Shown here piece after piece: positions 29,646 to 39,077 of a stretch of DNA of 64,000 nt. This DNA is from a bacterium (GTDB lineage: Bacteria > Sysuimicrobiota > Sysuimicrobiia > Sysuimicrobiales > Kaftiobacteriaceae), in the NCBI GenBank assembly GCA_044868695.1, contig JBIOWP010000107.1, positions 9,348 to 73,347 on the forward strand, in the 5' to 3' direction. The first letter of the stretch is position 1. Each line of letters starts with the position of its first letter. Below the pieces are notes generated by a model that saw only the letters and a program-made list of their open reading frames with translations, had not been told where the DNA came from and ran no database searches. A program made the translations under genes and the position numbers.

Positions 29646-30968
29646 ATGCGAGCCATTCTGACGGCGATTCTGCTTCTCGCGCTGGCGGTTGCACCCGCGG
29701 CGAGCCCGGCCCAGTCGACCGACTCCTCGCTGGTGCTTGAGGCTCTGCAGGCCCTGGAGTCGCATTACGTCGATGCGGTCGACACCATCAAGACGCTGAA
29801 CGCCGCGATCGTCGGGCTGCGCGCGGAGCTCTCCGCGGTGGGGATCCCGGCGGACCTGCCGGCGATTCCCTCCTACGCCACCGATACTGACGCGCGCCGC
29901 CAGTTCGGCGAACGGTTCACCGCCGCCGTGGCGGCCGCCGCCGGCCAGCGAACCCGGACCCAGCTGGCCTACGCGGCGATCCGCGGCATGACGGATGCGT
30001 TCAGCGATTCGCACACCGGCTTTTTGACGCCCGACCAGAACCTCGAGCGCCGGCAGCGCCAGCGCGGCCAGGCCGGATTTACCGGTGTCGGCGTCGTGCT
30101 GATGCCCAAGGACGACAAGTTCTTCGTGTGGACCCTCATCCCGGGAGGGCCGGCCGAAGCCGCCGGCGTGCACGAGTTTGACCGCATTCAGCGGATCAAC
30201 GATATTTCCACCGGCGGAATGAGCGTGGATCAGGTCTCCGGGATGATCAGAGGCCCGGCCGGAACGCCCGTGACGCTGACCCTGCAGCGCGCGGGGGTCG
30301 CGGAGCCGCTGGTCGTCACCATTGTGCGCGCCCCCATCCTGGTGCCGTCCATTTTCAAGACCGAGCTCCTCGACGGCGGGGTCGGCTACATCCGCCTGTA
30401 TCAGTTCGTAGAGCGCACCGGCCGCGACATGCGCGCGGCCCTGACCGGGCTGCAGGCCCAGGGCATGCGGGCGCTGGTCCTCGACCTGCGCGGCAACAGC
30501 GGGGGCTACCTCCATGAACTTAACACGGTGCTCAACACGCTGCTCCCGTTTGGGGTGCCGGTGTACACGGAGATGCGGCAGGGCGGGTCGGTGCGGGTCG
30601 TGCGCACGGTGCAGACCCCCCTGGTGTCGCCTACCCTTCCGGTGGTCGTGCTGGTTGACGAAGGCAGCGCGTCGGCCGCTGAGCTGCTGGCCGCGGCGAT
30701 CAAGGAGAACCACCGCGGCTCGCTGGTCGGCGTAAAGACGTCCGGCGCCGTCGAGGCGAGCGTGATGATCGATCTGTCCGACGGATCGTCGTTGAGCATC
30801 ACCACCTTCCGCCTGGCCACCGGACGCGGCGTGCGGCTAGAAGGGGCGGGGGTGGAACCCGATGTGGCGGCCGCGCTCACGACGGCCGACCTCGAGGGCG
30901 GCACGGACCGCCAGCTGCTGGCGGCGGTCCGACTGGCGCGGCAGGTGATCGCAGAACCGGCGCAGTGA
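29646..30968 (+). CDS. S41-family peptidase with PDZ domain
   Basis: Signal peptide; DSHT, GYIRL, LDLRGNSGG, SASAAE, GVEPD. Confidence 0.88.
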   Translation: MRAILTAILLLALAVAPAASPAQSTDSSLVLEALQALESHYVDAVDTIKTLNAAIVGLRAELSAVGIPADLPAIPSYATDTDARRQFGERFTAAVAAAAGQRTRTQLAYAAIRGMTDAFSDSHTGFLTPDQNLERRQRQRGQAGFTGVGVVLMPKDDKFFVWTLIPGGPAEAAGVHEFDRIQRINDISTGGMSVDQVSGMIRGPAGTPVTLTLQRAGVAEPLVVTIVRAPILVPSIFKTELLDGGVGYIRLYQFVERTGRDMRAALTGLQAQGMRALVLDLRGNSGGYLHELNTVLNTLLPFGVPVYTEMRQGGSVRVVRTVQTPLVSPTLPVVVLVDEGSASAAELLAAAIKENHRGSLVGVKTSGAVEASVMIDLSDGSSLSITTFRLATGRGVRLEGAGVEPDVAAALTTADLEGGTDRQLLAAVRLARQVIAEPAQ

Positions 30969-31049
30969 CGCAGGGAAACGGAAAATACGACCGCGAAGAA
31001 GGAAGAGGGTAAGGGGCAGGTCCTCCTATCCTCTTCCTTCGTTGTTCTT

Positions 31050-32225
31050 ATGGACACCGTGGCGTCCCAGATTGAACACCGGCGCGCGACCATCGTCGGC
31101 ATGCTGGCGAGCCTCGTGCGTGCACCCAGCCCCAATCCGCCCGGCGACACCCGCCAGGTGGCGGAGTTGATCGCCGCGCGGCTGCGAGAGGCCGCGGTCG
31201 ATTTCCAGGTCCTGGCCGATGAGCCGCGCAAGCCCAATGTCATCGCGCGGATCGGGCGGGGGCGGCCCGAGCTGCTTTTCACGTCTCACATGGACACGGT
31301 GCCGCCGGGCGACCGCCGCGCCTGGCGCTACGACCCGCACGGGGCGGAGATCGTGGGGACGCGCATGTACGGCCGCGGGGCGGCGGACGCGAAGGCATCG
31401 CTGGTCGCTATGCTGGCGGCCGTGGAAGCAATGGTCGACGTGGTGCCGATGCGCGGGACGCTGGTGTTCACCGCCGTCAGCGACGAAGAAGTCGGCGGCG
31501 TGAAAGGAACCGAATTCCTAGTGGACCGGGGTCTGCTCCATCCCGACCAGGTCGTCGTCGGCGAGATCACCTGCAACCGGCTGGCCGTGGCTGAGAAAGG
31601 GCTGCTGTGGGTGCGGATCGTCACCCACGGCCGGGCGGCGCACGCCAGCACCCCCTGGGAAGGCAGCAGCGCCATCGACCATATGCTGCGAGTGCTCCTG
31701 GCCATCGAGGAGCGCGTCGGCGCGCGGCTGCGCGCGCTGGACCACCCGCTGGTCCCGCCGCCGTCGCTGAGCATCGGGACGATCCGGGGCGGGGTGGCAA
31801 CCAATATCGTCCCGGACTGGTGTGAGGCGACCATCGACCGGCGGACCCTGCCGAACGAGAACATCCAGGCGGCCCTGGCGGAGATCGAACACGTGGTGGC
31901 AGACCTGCGCGAGGGAGAGCCGGCGCTGCAGGCGGACGTTGAAATGATCCAGTCCGGCGCGCCCATTGAGACGCCCGCGGACGCGCCGATCGTCCGGGTC
32001 GCCCAGGACGTGGCGCGCGCGCTGAAGCTGCCGGCGGATCCCGTCGGGTATCAGCAGTCCAGCGATGGCCGGTTCTTCGCAGAGCGGGGCACGCCCACGA
32101 TCATCTTCGGACCCGGGGATCCCGGAATCGCGCACACCCCCAACGAGTCGATCGATCTCGACGACGTGATGACGGCGGCGAAGTTCTACACGCTGCTGGG
32201 ACAGCAGCTGCTGACGAGTCCGTAA
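31050..32225 (+). CDS. M20 metallopeptidase (ArgE/DapE-like)
   Basis: SHMDTVP, GRGAADAK, DEE, HGRAAHAS, AHTPNE. Confidence 0.92.
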   Translation: MDTVASQIEHRRATIVGMLASLVRAPSPNPPGDTRQVAELIAARLREAAVDFQVLADEPRKPNVIARIGRGRPELLFTSHMDTVPPGDRRAWRYDPHGAEIVGTRMYGRGAADAKASLVAMLAAVEAMVDVVPMRGTLVFTAVSDEEVGGVKGTEFLVDRGLLHPDQVVVGEITCNRLAVAEKGLLWVRIVTHGRAAHASTPWEGSSAIDHMLRVLLAIEERVGARLRALDHPLVPPPSLSIGTIRGGVATNIVPDWCEATIDRRTLPNENIQAALAEIEHVVADLREGEPALQADVEMIQSGAPIETPADAPIVRVAQDVARALKLPADPVGYQQSSDGRFFAERGTPTIIFGPGDPGIAHTPNESIDLDDVMTAAKFYTLLGQQLLTSP

Positions 32226-32251
32226 CCGGTTCGTCCCGGAAAGGGCAGGCG

Positions 32252-33460
32252 ATGGAGTTCGACCTGGCAGATCACCAGATCGCCGCGCAGCGTCTCGTGC
32301 GCGAGTTTGCGCACGGCGAGGTTGCCCCGCGGATCCGCGAGCTCGACCGCGCGCAGCAGTTCGACCGCTCGATCCTTCGCACGATGGGCGACCTGGGCAT
32401 CCTCGGCCTGTGCGTCCCTGAGCGGTACGGCGGGGCAGGGATGGACTACGTGAGCCTCGGGCTGGCGTGCGAAGAGCTGGAATACGTCGATACCTCCCTG
32501 CGCGTGATCATGTCGGTGCACCTGGGGCTCAACAGCCTCAGCCTGCTATCGTGGGGGACGGAGGAGCAGCGGCGGCGGTTCCTCGTCCCGCAGGCGCGCG
32601 GGGAGAAGATTGCCGCCTATGGGCTGACTGAGCCCGCGGCCGGCAGCGATGCCGTGGGGATTCAGGCGACGGCCGTGCGCGACGGCCGCCAGTACGTGCT
32701 CAACGGCGAGAAGACCTGGATGTCCCTGGCCGACATCGCCGATCACTTCCTGGTCTTCGCCTGGACCGACCCCGTCAAGCAGAAGCAGCGGGACCACGCC
32801 GGGCTCTCGGCGTTCGTCGTCACCCGCGACCTGAAAGGCGTCACCACCTCCACGCTTCACGGCAAGTTGGGCATCCGCGCCGGCAACACCGGATCCATCG
32901 TGATGGACGGCGTCCGCGTGAGCGAAGACCACCGCCTCGGTCAGGAGGGAGAAGGGTTCCGCATCGCCATGTTCGCGCTGGACCAGGGCCGGTACACGGT
33001 GGCGTCGGGCGCCGCGGGATTGATCCGCGCCTGCCTGGACAGCAGCGTCCGCTACGCGCGGGACCGGCGTACGTTCGGGAAGCCGATCGGAGAGCACCAG
33101 CTGGTCAAGGAGATGATCGCCCGGATGACCCGGGACTATGAGGTCAGCCGCCTGCTGTACCTGCGCGCCGGGTGGATGAAGAACCGGGGTCTGCGCAACA
33201 CGCGTGAGACGTCACTGGCCAAGTGGTACGCGACGGTAGCGTCGGAGCAGGCGGCCGGGGACGCGGTGGAAGTCCACGGTGCGTATGGCTATTCGGACGA
33301 ATACCCGGTCGAACGGTTCTACCGCAATGCGAAGGGCGCGGTCATTTATGAGGGCACTCGCGAAATCCACACCCTGCTGCAGGCCGACTACGCGCTGGGA
33401 CTCCGGGAGGACCGGTCCACCCGCGTGACGCTGCCCGCATGGCCGTTTGAATCCAAATGA
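32252..33460 (+). CDS. Acyl-CoA dehydrogenase
   Basis: [30 protein letters not shown]. Confidence 0.94.
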   Translation: MEFDLADHQIAAQRLVREFAHGEVAPRIRELDRAQQFDRSILRTMGDLGILGLCVPERYGGAGMDYVSLGLACEELEYVDTSLRVIMSVHLGLNSLSLLSWGTEEQRRRFLVPQARGEKIAAYGLTEPAAGSDAVGIQATAVRDGRQYVLNGEKTWMSLADIADHFLVFAWTDPVKQKQRDHAGLSAFVVTRDLKGVTTSTLHGKLGIRAGNTGSIVMDGVRVSEDHRLGQEGEGFRIAMFALDQGRYTVASGAAGLIRACLDSSVRYARDRRTFGKPIGEHQLVKEMIARMTRDYEVSRLLYLRAGWMKNRGLRNTRETSLAKWYATVASEQAAGDAVEVHGAYGYSDEYPVERFYRNAKGAVIYEGTREIHTLLQADYALGLREDRSTRVTLPAWPFESK

Positions 33461-34500
33461 CGGCGCCCTTCGAATGCGAAGTCCGGTTTCTCATCGACGA
33501 CATTCACGCGTTTCGCCAGCGCATCGCCGCACTCGGCGGCCGCGCGCGTTTTGAGTACGCGTTCACCGATCACTACTTCCGCGCCGGCGGCGGCGCGTCC
33601 GATCCCCGAGCGCGGGCCCTGCGCATCCGGGAACACCACCGGCCGGCCCAGCCGTGCGAGATCCTGCTCACCTGGATCGACCTCGTGCAGGTCAGCGGGA
33701 TGTCGTTCAAGCGCTCGAGATTTCCGGAGGGGAAGGTCCGCCTGTACACCGGTACGCTAGAGGAATGCCGGGCCGTGATGGGCGGGCTGGGCTACGAATC
33801 CTGGCTGGTGGTGCACAAGACCGCGGGTGCGCTCTATGAGATCCCAGGTCTCGGCGAGCTGGTGGCCGAGCAGGTGGACGGCGTGGGCTGGATGTGCGAG
33901 GTCGAAGTCGCGGGGGAGGACCCGGCGGCTGCCGCCCGGGCGATCCGGCGGAAGCTGGAGGCACTGGCGGTGCCCCCGGAAACGGTCATGTCCGAACCGC
34001 TGGCCGCGGTCGTGGCCGCGCGCGCCCGGCCGGCGGCGCAGCGGGTGTACTTCTGCGGGGCAATCCGCGGCGGCCGGTCGCTGCAGCCCCTCTACGCCTC
34101 GCTTGTCGGTGCCCTCCAGCGGTGGGGCTACCTGGTATTGACCACGCACGTGGCCGCGCCCGATGTGCTCGAGCAGGAGTGGCGCCCGGATGTGCGCGCG
34201 TCGGATATCTATGAACGCGACATGCAGTGGCTGTCGGAGTGCGACTTCGTCGTCGCGGAAGTCTCCGTCCCGTCGCTGGGGGTCGGCGTCGAGATCGCCA
34301 CCGCGCAGCAGTTGGGGAAGCCGGTCTTCTGTCTGTGCCGGACCGATGTGGCCCTGTCGGCGCTGATCGAGGGCAACACTGCGCTGCGGGTGATCCGCTA
34401 TGGAGATGAAGCAGAGTTGATGGATCTTCTCGAGAGGGAACTCCGGGACCGGGGACCGGGGACCGGGGACCAGAACTTGGCACGGAGATCGGCGCGCTGA
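33457..34500 (+). CDS. CYTH (triphosphate tunnel) domain fused to DNPH1/Rcl-like deoxynucleoside 5'-monophosphate N-glycosidase
   Basis: N-half ECEVR, DHYF, LRIR, EVE; C-half YFCGAIRGGR, THV, ERD, VAEVSVPSLGVGVE. Confidence 0.8.
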   Translation: MTAPFECEVRFLIDDIHAFRQRIAALGGRARFEYAFTDHYFRAGGGASDPRARALRIREHHRPAQPCEILLTWIDLVQVSGMSFKRSRFPEGKVRLYTGTLEECRAVMGGLGYESWLVVHKTAGALYEIPGLGELVAEQVDGVGWMCEVEVAGEDPAAAARAIRRKLEALAVPPETVMSEPLAAVVAARARPAAQRVYFCGAIRGGRSLQPLYASLVGALQRWGYLVLTTHVAAPDVLEQEWRPDVRASDIYERDMQWLSECDFVVAEVSVPSLGVGVEIATAQQLGKPVFCLCRTDVALSALIEGNTALRVIRYGDEAELMDLLERELRDRGPGTGDQNLARRSAR

Positions 34501-34549
34501 GGGGAAAATCGATGCACTCACGGGTCCCTGGTCCCTGGTCCCAGGTCCC
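34445..34549. repeat. Inverted pair of GGGACCN heptamer arrays spanning a stop codon
   Basis: 34445-34472 (in CDS tail) and 34522-34549. Confidence 0.85.
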
Positions 34550-34560
34550 GTAGCTGGAGG

Positions 34561-36273
34561 TTGTGCGTGCTGCCGTGGGAGCGTCTGCGCGACAAGCTCC
34601 TCGCCCTGGAGGGCAAACCATTTCAGGCGTACCAGGGACTCGAGGGCGCCTACCGCTTCGACCGTTTCACACTGCACCTGGAACGCATCACCGTTGAGCC
34701 CCCGGGTGTCCCGTCGCCGCTGCGCGTGCGCGTCGATCAGGCTGAAGCGCGGTTCCCGCCCTCGATGTGGGCGACGCCGGCGGGGAAGATCGCCTTGGAA
34801 GATTTCGCGGCCCGGCGGTGGCTGGATGCCATCCGCAAAGTTGCCCGCGCCCGCGGCGGCCGGCCGGGGTTCACCATCGATGTCGGCGGCCAGCAGATTC
34901 TGGAGCGCACGGCGTGCCGGATCGGCGAGGAGTACGTGGAGATCCGCGGCGCGCTGTTCCTTCCCTCTGAGGGCCGCAAGGTCGCGGCGAAAGCCGCGCA
35001 GACGGTCTTCTTCGAAGACCTCCCCCAGCTGGTCGATGCCGCGCTGATCTTCCCGAACCTCAACCCCGCGGCTGCGCAGCGCCAGCAGGAAGTGGCCGAA
35101 GATGCCGACGCCCTGCGCGTCGCCCTGACCTCCCGGTCTCTGGTGACCTTCCTCGCCGATGGGGCCGTGCTGCCGCGCGAGGGCGGTTCTGACCGGCCGG
35201 TGCTGTCCCGGTTGGTGCCGCTGCAGGCGCCGCCCGAGCTGAAGGTGACGGTGGACCTCCCTCACCGCGGGGCCGTGGCCGGCATGGGGATTCCCCGCGG
35301 GGTCACGGTCATCATCGGGAACACGTTTTCCGGGCGCAGCACCCTGCTGCGCGCGATCGCGTCCTCCGTCTACATGCACGTCCCCGGCGATGGGCGCGAA
35401 TTCTGCGCGACGGTCCCGGATGCGGTCCTGGTACGGGTCGAGGAAGGCCGGCGTGTGGAAGCGGTAAATCTCGCCCCGTTCCTCCACGAACTGCCCGGCG
35501 GGGAAGATCCCGCCCGCTGCAGGCAGGAGCATGCCGGCGACGTCGTGTCGCAGGCCGCCGGCATCATTGAGGCGCTGGAGGCGGGGTGCTCGCTCCTGCT
35601 GATTGACGAAGACACGTCGGCCCCAGGGCTGCTCGCCCGCGATCCGCTATGGCGGCAGCTTGCTCCGGAGGCGCGCCAGCCTGTGACCTCCCTCGCCGAG
35701 GCGGTGCGGCCGTTGTACGAGGAGCACGGCGTGTCGACCATCCTGGTGTCCAGCCGCGGCGCGGAGTATGTGCCCGTCGCCGACACGGTCATCGCCCTGG
35801 AGTCCTTCCGGCCCCGCGTCGCCACCGCTGAGGCCCGCCACGCGGTGGCACCGCACGCGGGCGTGCGCGCGGATGGGAAAGGCCGGTTCGGCGGAGTGCA
35901 CCACCGCGTCCCGCTGCCGGAGAGCCTAGCGTCGTTGAGGGGCCGCAAGATGCGCAGTGAGCCGCACGGCGGTCACACCCCGCGCGGCATGATCCTTGGA
36001 CGTGACGGCGTGGACCTGTCGGCCGCTGAACAGCTGATTGATCCCGCGCAGGCTCGGGCGATTGCCGCGGCGCTGGTCTTTGCCGCCGACCGCGGGCTCG
36101 CGGACGGGATGCGCACCCTCCGGGAGATCCTCGGGTCAATCGAGTTGGACATCGCCCAGCACGGCCTCGAGGTCCTGGTGCCCGACGCCGTGCCCGGCGA
36201 CCTGGCCCTGCCTCGCCGGCAGGAACTCGCGGCGGCGTTCAACCGGCTGCGCACCTTGCACGTGAAAACCTAA
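34561..36273 (+). CDS. Predicted ABC-class ATPase (COG3044-like), degenerate Walker A
   Basis: [52 protein letters not shown]. Confidence 0.82.
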   Translation: MCVLPWERLRDKLLALEGKPFQAYQGLEGAYRFDRFTLHLERITVEPPGVPSPLRVRVDQAEARFPPSMWATPAGKIALEDFAARRWLDAIRKVARARGGRPGFTIDVGGQQILERTACRIGEEYVEIRGALFLPSEGRKVAAKAAQTVFFEDLPQLVDAALIFPNLNPAAAQRQQEVAEDADALRVALTSRSLVTFLADGAVLPREGGSDRPVLSRLVPLQAPPELKVTVDLPHRGAVAGMGIPRGVTVIIGNTFSGRSTLLRAIASSVYMHVPGDGREFCATVPDAVLVRVEEGRRVEAVNLAPFLHELPGGEDPARCRQEHAGDVVSQAAGIIEALEAGCSLLLIDEDTSAPGLLARDPLWRQLAPEARQPVTSLAEAVRPLYEEHGVSTILVSSRGAEYVPVADTVIALESFRPRVATAEARHAVAPHAGVRADGKGRFGGVHHRVPLPESLASLRGRKMRSEPHGGHTPRGMILGRDGVDLSAAEQLIDPAQARAIAAALVFAADRGLADGMRTLREILGSIELDIAQHGLEVLVPDAVPGDLALPRRQELAAAFNRLRTLHVKT

Positions 36274-36358
36274 GTCCCGTCGTGTACCGCAGGCAGGAAT
36301 TGCGTTGCTCGGCGCGAATCGCGCGAGAACCCAGCGAAGCTCGTGGAGGCGACAGACC

Positions 36359-37717
36359 ATGGAGAGCGTGAAGTACCTGCTTGACGAATCGCAGATTCCC
36401 AAATCCTGGTACAACATCTGCTCGGATCTGCCCGTGCCGCTTCCGCCGGTGCTGCATCCGGGCACCAAGCAGCCGGTGGGCCCGGACGATCTCGCGCCGC
36501 TGTTCCCGATGGACCTGATCCTGCAGGAGGTCAGCACTGAGCGCGAGATCCCCATCCCCGAGCCGGTGCGCGAGGTGTACAAGTTGTGGCGGCCCACGCC
36601 GCTGCATCGCGCACGGCGGCTCGAACGGGCGCTCGACACCCCGGCGCACATCTACTACAAGTACGAAGGCACCAGCCCGGCCGGTAGTCATAAGCCGAAC
36701 ACCGCGGTCGCGCAGGCGTTCTACAACAAACAGGCGGGCGTGCGGCGGCTGAGCACGGAGACCGGAGCCGGACAGTGGGGCAGCGCGCTGGCGCTGGCCT
36801 GCCGGATGTTCGGGCTCGAGTGCACCGTGTACATGGTCAAGGTGAGCTACGACCAGAAGCCGTACCGCAAGACCATGATGCAGACCTGGGGCGCTGAAGT
36901 CATCCCCAGCCCGAGTTCCCGTACCAACGCCGGCCGCGCCATCGCGGCCAAAGACCCGCGCTCGCCGGGCAGCCTGGGCATCGCCATCAGCGAGGCCGTC
37001 GAGGACGCCGCGACGCACGATGACACGAAGTACTCTCTGGGCAGTGTCCTCAACCACGTCCTCCTACACCAGACCGTCATCGGGGTGGAAGCCCGCAAGC
37101 AGATGGAGATGGCCGGCGAGTATCCCGATGTTGTCATCGGGTGCATCGGGGGCGGGAGCAACATGTCGGGGCTCACGTTCCCGTTCCTGGCCGACAAGTT
37201 CAAGGGCAAGAAAGTGCGGATCGTGGCGGTGGAGCCCGAGGCGTGCCCGTCGCTGACCCGCGGCCGGTACCTCTATGACTTTGGGGACACTGCGGCAACC
37301 ACGCCACTCATCAAGATGTACACGCTCGGCCACAGTTTTGTGCCGCCGGCGATCCACGCGGGTGGGCTGCGCTACCACGGCGATGCGCCCCTCGCCTGCC
37401 TGCTGTATCATCACAAGTACATCGAGGCCGCCGCCTACTCGCAGCGGTCCGTCTTTGAAGCCGCGGTGCAGTTCGCGCAGACCGAGGGGATCATTCCGGC
37501 GCCGGAATCCGCGCACGCGATCCGCAAGGCCGTCGATGAGGCGCTCCAGTGCAAGCGCGACGGCACGGCCCGGGTGATCCTGTTCAATCTCAGCGGACAC
37601 GGGCACTTTGACCTGAAGGCCTACGAGGATTTCCTGGCCGGCAGGCTGGAGGACTTCGTCTACCCGCAGCAGCAGGTGGAGCAGGCGATGAAGGAACTGG
37701 CGGCGATTCAGCCCTAG
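36359..37717 (+). CDS. trpB2: Tryptophan synthase beta chain, TrpB2 type (stand-alone)
   Basis: [54 protein letters not shown]. Confidence 0.95.
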   Translation: MESVKYLLDESQIPKSWYNICSDLPVPLPPVLHPGTKQPVGPDDLAPLFPMDLILQEVSTEREIPIPEPVREVYKLWRPTPLHRARRLERALDTPAHIYYKYEGTSPAGSHKPNTAVAQAFYNKQAGVRRLSTETGAGQWGSALALACRMFGLECTVYMVKVSYDQKPYRKTMMQTWGAEVIPSPSSRTNAGRAIAAKDPRSPGSLGIAISEAVEDAATHDDTKYSLGSVLNHVLLHQTVIGVEARKQMEMAGEYPDVVIGCIGGGSNMSGLTFPFLADKFKGKKVRIVAVEPEACPSLTRGRYLYDFGDTAATTPLIKMYTLGHSFVPPAIHAGGLRYHGDAPLACLLYHHKYIEAAAYSQRSVFEAAVQFAQTEGIIPAPESAHAIRKAVDEALQCKRDGTARVILFNLSGHGHFDLKAYEDFLAGRLEDFVYPQQQVEQAMKELAAIQP

Positions 37718-37728
37718 CCGAATTCTTA

Positions 37729-37757
37729 TTGACGGAGGTCAAGAATTACGGTAGCCT
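37729..37757 (+). promoter_or_regulatory. Sigma70-type promoter TTGACG-N17-TAGCCT with overlapping TTGAC-N4-GTCAA palindrome, upstream of FTR1
   Basis: -35 at 37729-37734, -10 at 37752-37757; palindrome 37729-37742. Confidence 0.6.
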
Positions 37758-37798
37758 AGGGCGCGGGTTTCACTCCGCAACACCTTGGGGAGGGGCGC

Positions 37799-38629
37799 AT
37801 GGCGGCATCGTTGTTGATCACCCTGCGAGAGGGGCTCGAAGCCGCTCTCATCGTGGGGATCATTCTCGCGTATCTGGCAAAGACCGGGAACCGGGACAAG
37901 TCAAGGATGGTCTGGCTCGGCACCGGCCTCGCCGTCGTCATGAGCATCGTCGCCGGGGCCGGCATCTTCTTCAGTGCCGGTGGGCTCGCGGGCCGGGCGG
38001 AGGCGATGTTCGAGGGTACGGCGATGCTGACCGCCGCCGGGGTCCTGACCTACATGATCTTCTGGATGCGCCGGCAGGCGATCAACATCCGCGCCCACCT
38101 GCAGTCGCAGGTCAACATGGCGCTGGAGACTGGATCGCTCGGGGCGCTGGCGTTCCTGGCGTTCGTGGCGGTGGGGCGCGAAGGCATCGAGACGGCGCTG
38201 TTCATGTTCGCGGCCGTCCGGACCGCAACCCCGATGGCGGCCACAGTCGGTGGGCTGTTGGGTTTGTTGGCGGCGTTTGTGTTGGGATATCTCCTCTATC
38301 GAGGCACATACCGCCTCAACCTGCGCGCGTTCTTCAACGTCACCAGCATCCTGCTGCTGCTGTTCGCGGCGGGTCTGCTGGCCCACGGCACCCATGAGTT
38401 CCACGAGGCGGCTGTCATTCCGCCGATCATCGAGCACGTGTGGGACACGAACTCGGTACTCCACGAAGCCTCACCGCTCGGGAGCCTGCTGAAGGCCGTC
38501 TTCGGCTACAACGGCAACCCCTCGCTGGTGGAGGTTCTGGTCTACGCGGCCTACCTGGTCCTCGTCGGCTGGGCATACTTCCGGCCGCCCACCCCAAAGG
38601 AGCTGGCTCCGGAACGCGCGAAAGCCTGA
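37799..38629 (+). CDS. FTR1/EfeU-family iron permease
   Basis: Two REGxE motifs (REGLE, REGIE); multiple TM helices. Confidence 0.94.
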   Translation: MAASLLITLREGLEAALIVGIILAYLAKTGNRDKSRMVWLGTGLAVVMSIVAGAGIFFSAGGLAGRAEAMFEGTAMLTAAGVLTYMIFWMRRQAINIRAHLQSQVNMALETGSLGALAFLAFVAVGREGIETALFMFAAVRTATPMAATVGGLLGLLAAFVLGYLLYRGTYRLNLRAFFNVTSILLLLFAAGLLAHGTHEFHEAAVIPPIIEHVWDTNSVLHEASPLGSLLKAVFGYNGNPSLVEVLVYAAYLVLVGWAYFRPPTPKELAPERAKA

Positions 38630-38635
38630 CACGGC

Positions 38636-38926
38636 ATGCGTACAGCTCACGGACTGGACTTGAGGTCGCTCGCGCTCAGCCTCGTCGCCTCCTGGTGATG
38701 ACTGGTCGCCCCCGTGGTGAGCCTCCTCGGGTTAGGAGGCGCGACGCTGCAGGTTTTCTTTGAGTCGGCCAGGCCGTATCTGCTGGTCCTGACCGGATTC
38801 TCGCTGGCCTATTCGTTCTACCTCGTGTATCGCCGGCCGTTTCGCCCCCGACCCGCCGTCGCGCGACTGTGGATCACGACTGTAGTATCCGTCATCCTCG
38901 TGTCCATTCCGTTCTTCCGGGACTGA
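38636..38926 (+). CDS. MerT-like membrane protein with tandem in-frame TGA-TGA at the Cys-Cys position (candidate Sec-Sec selenoprotein)
   Basis: MRTAHGLDLRSLALSLVASW-(TGA)(TGA)-LVAPVVSLLGLGGATLQVFFESARPYLLVLTGFSLAYSFYLVYRR...LWITTVVSVILVSIPFFRD; TGAs at 38696-38701; SECIS-like hairpin follows. Confidence 0.8.
38705..38745 (+). promoter_or_regulatory. Candidate bacterial SECIS element
   Basis: Lower stem GTCGC/GCGAC, upper stem GCCTCCT/AGGAGGC, apical loop CGGGTT starting 26 nt after the second TGA. Confidence 0.65.
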
Positions 38927-39003
38927 CCCGCGGTCCACCCCTTCACAGTTTTCGCGGTTTCCACCAATGGCGTAAGACGAGCCTGACATAGGAGAGTACT
39001 GCC

Positions 39004-39060
39004 AAAGAAGGAGGGGACTGTCCCCTCCTTGCAATAGCCCATATTGGTCATTGATGGGTG
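39004..39060. repeat. 57-bp dispersed repeat copy 2
   Basis: Matches 25352-25408. Confidence 0.85.
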
Positions 39061-39077
39061 ATTTGTTTGGGTCATCT

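Noticed and set aside
38696..38701. TGA-TGA as a plain double stop or as Trp recoding
   Set aside because: The MerT-like pattern spans both sides and the codons map to Cys-Cys; TGA is a normal stop for most genes here, so code 4/25 is excluded. A doubly mutated pseudogene remains formally possible
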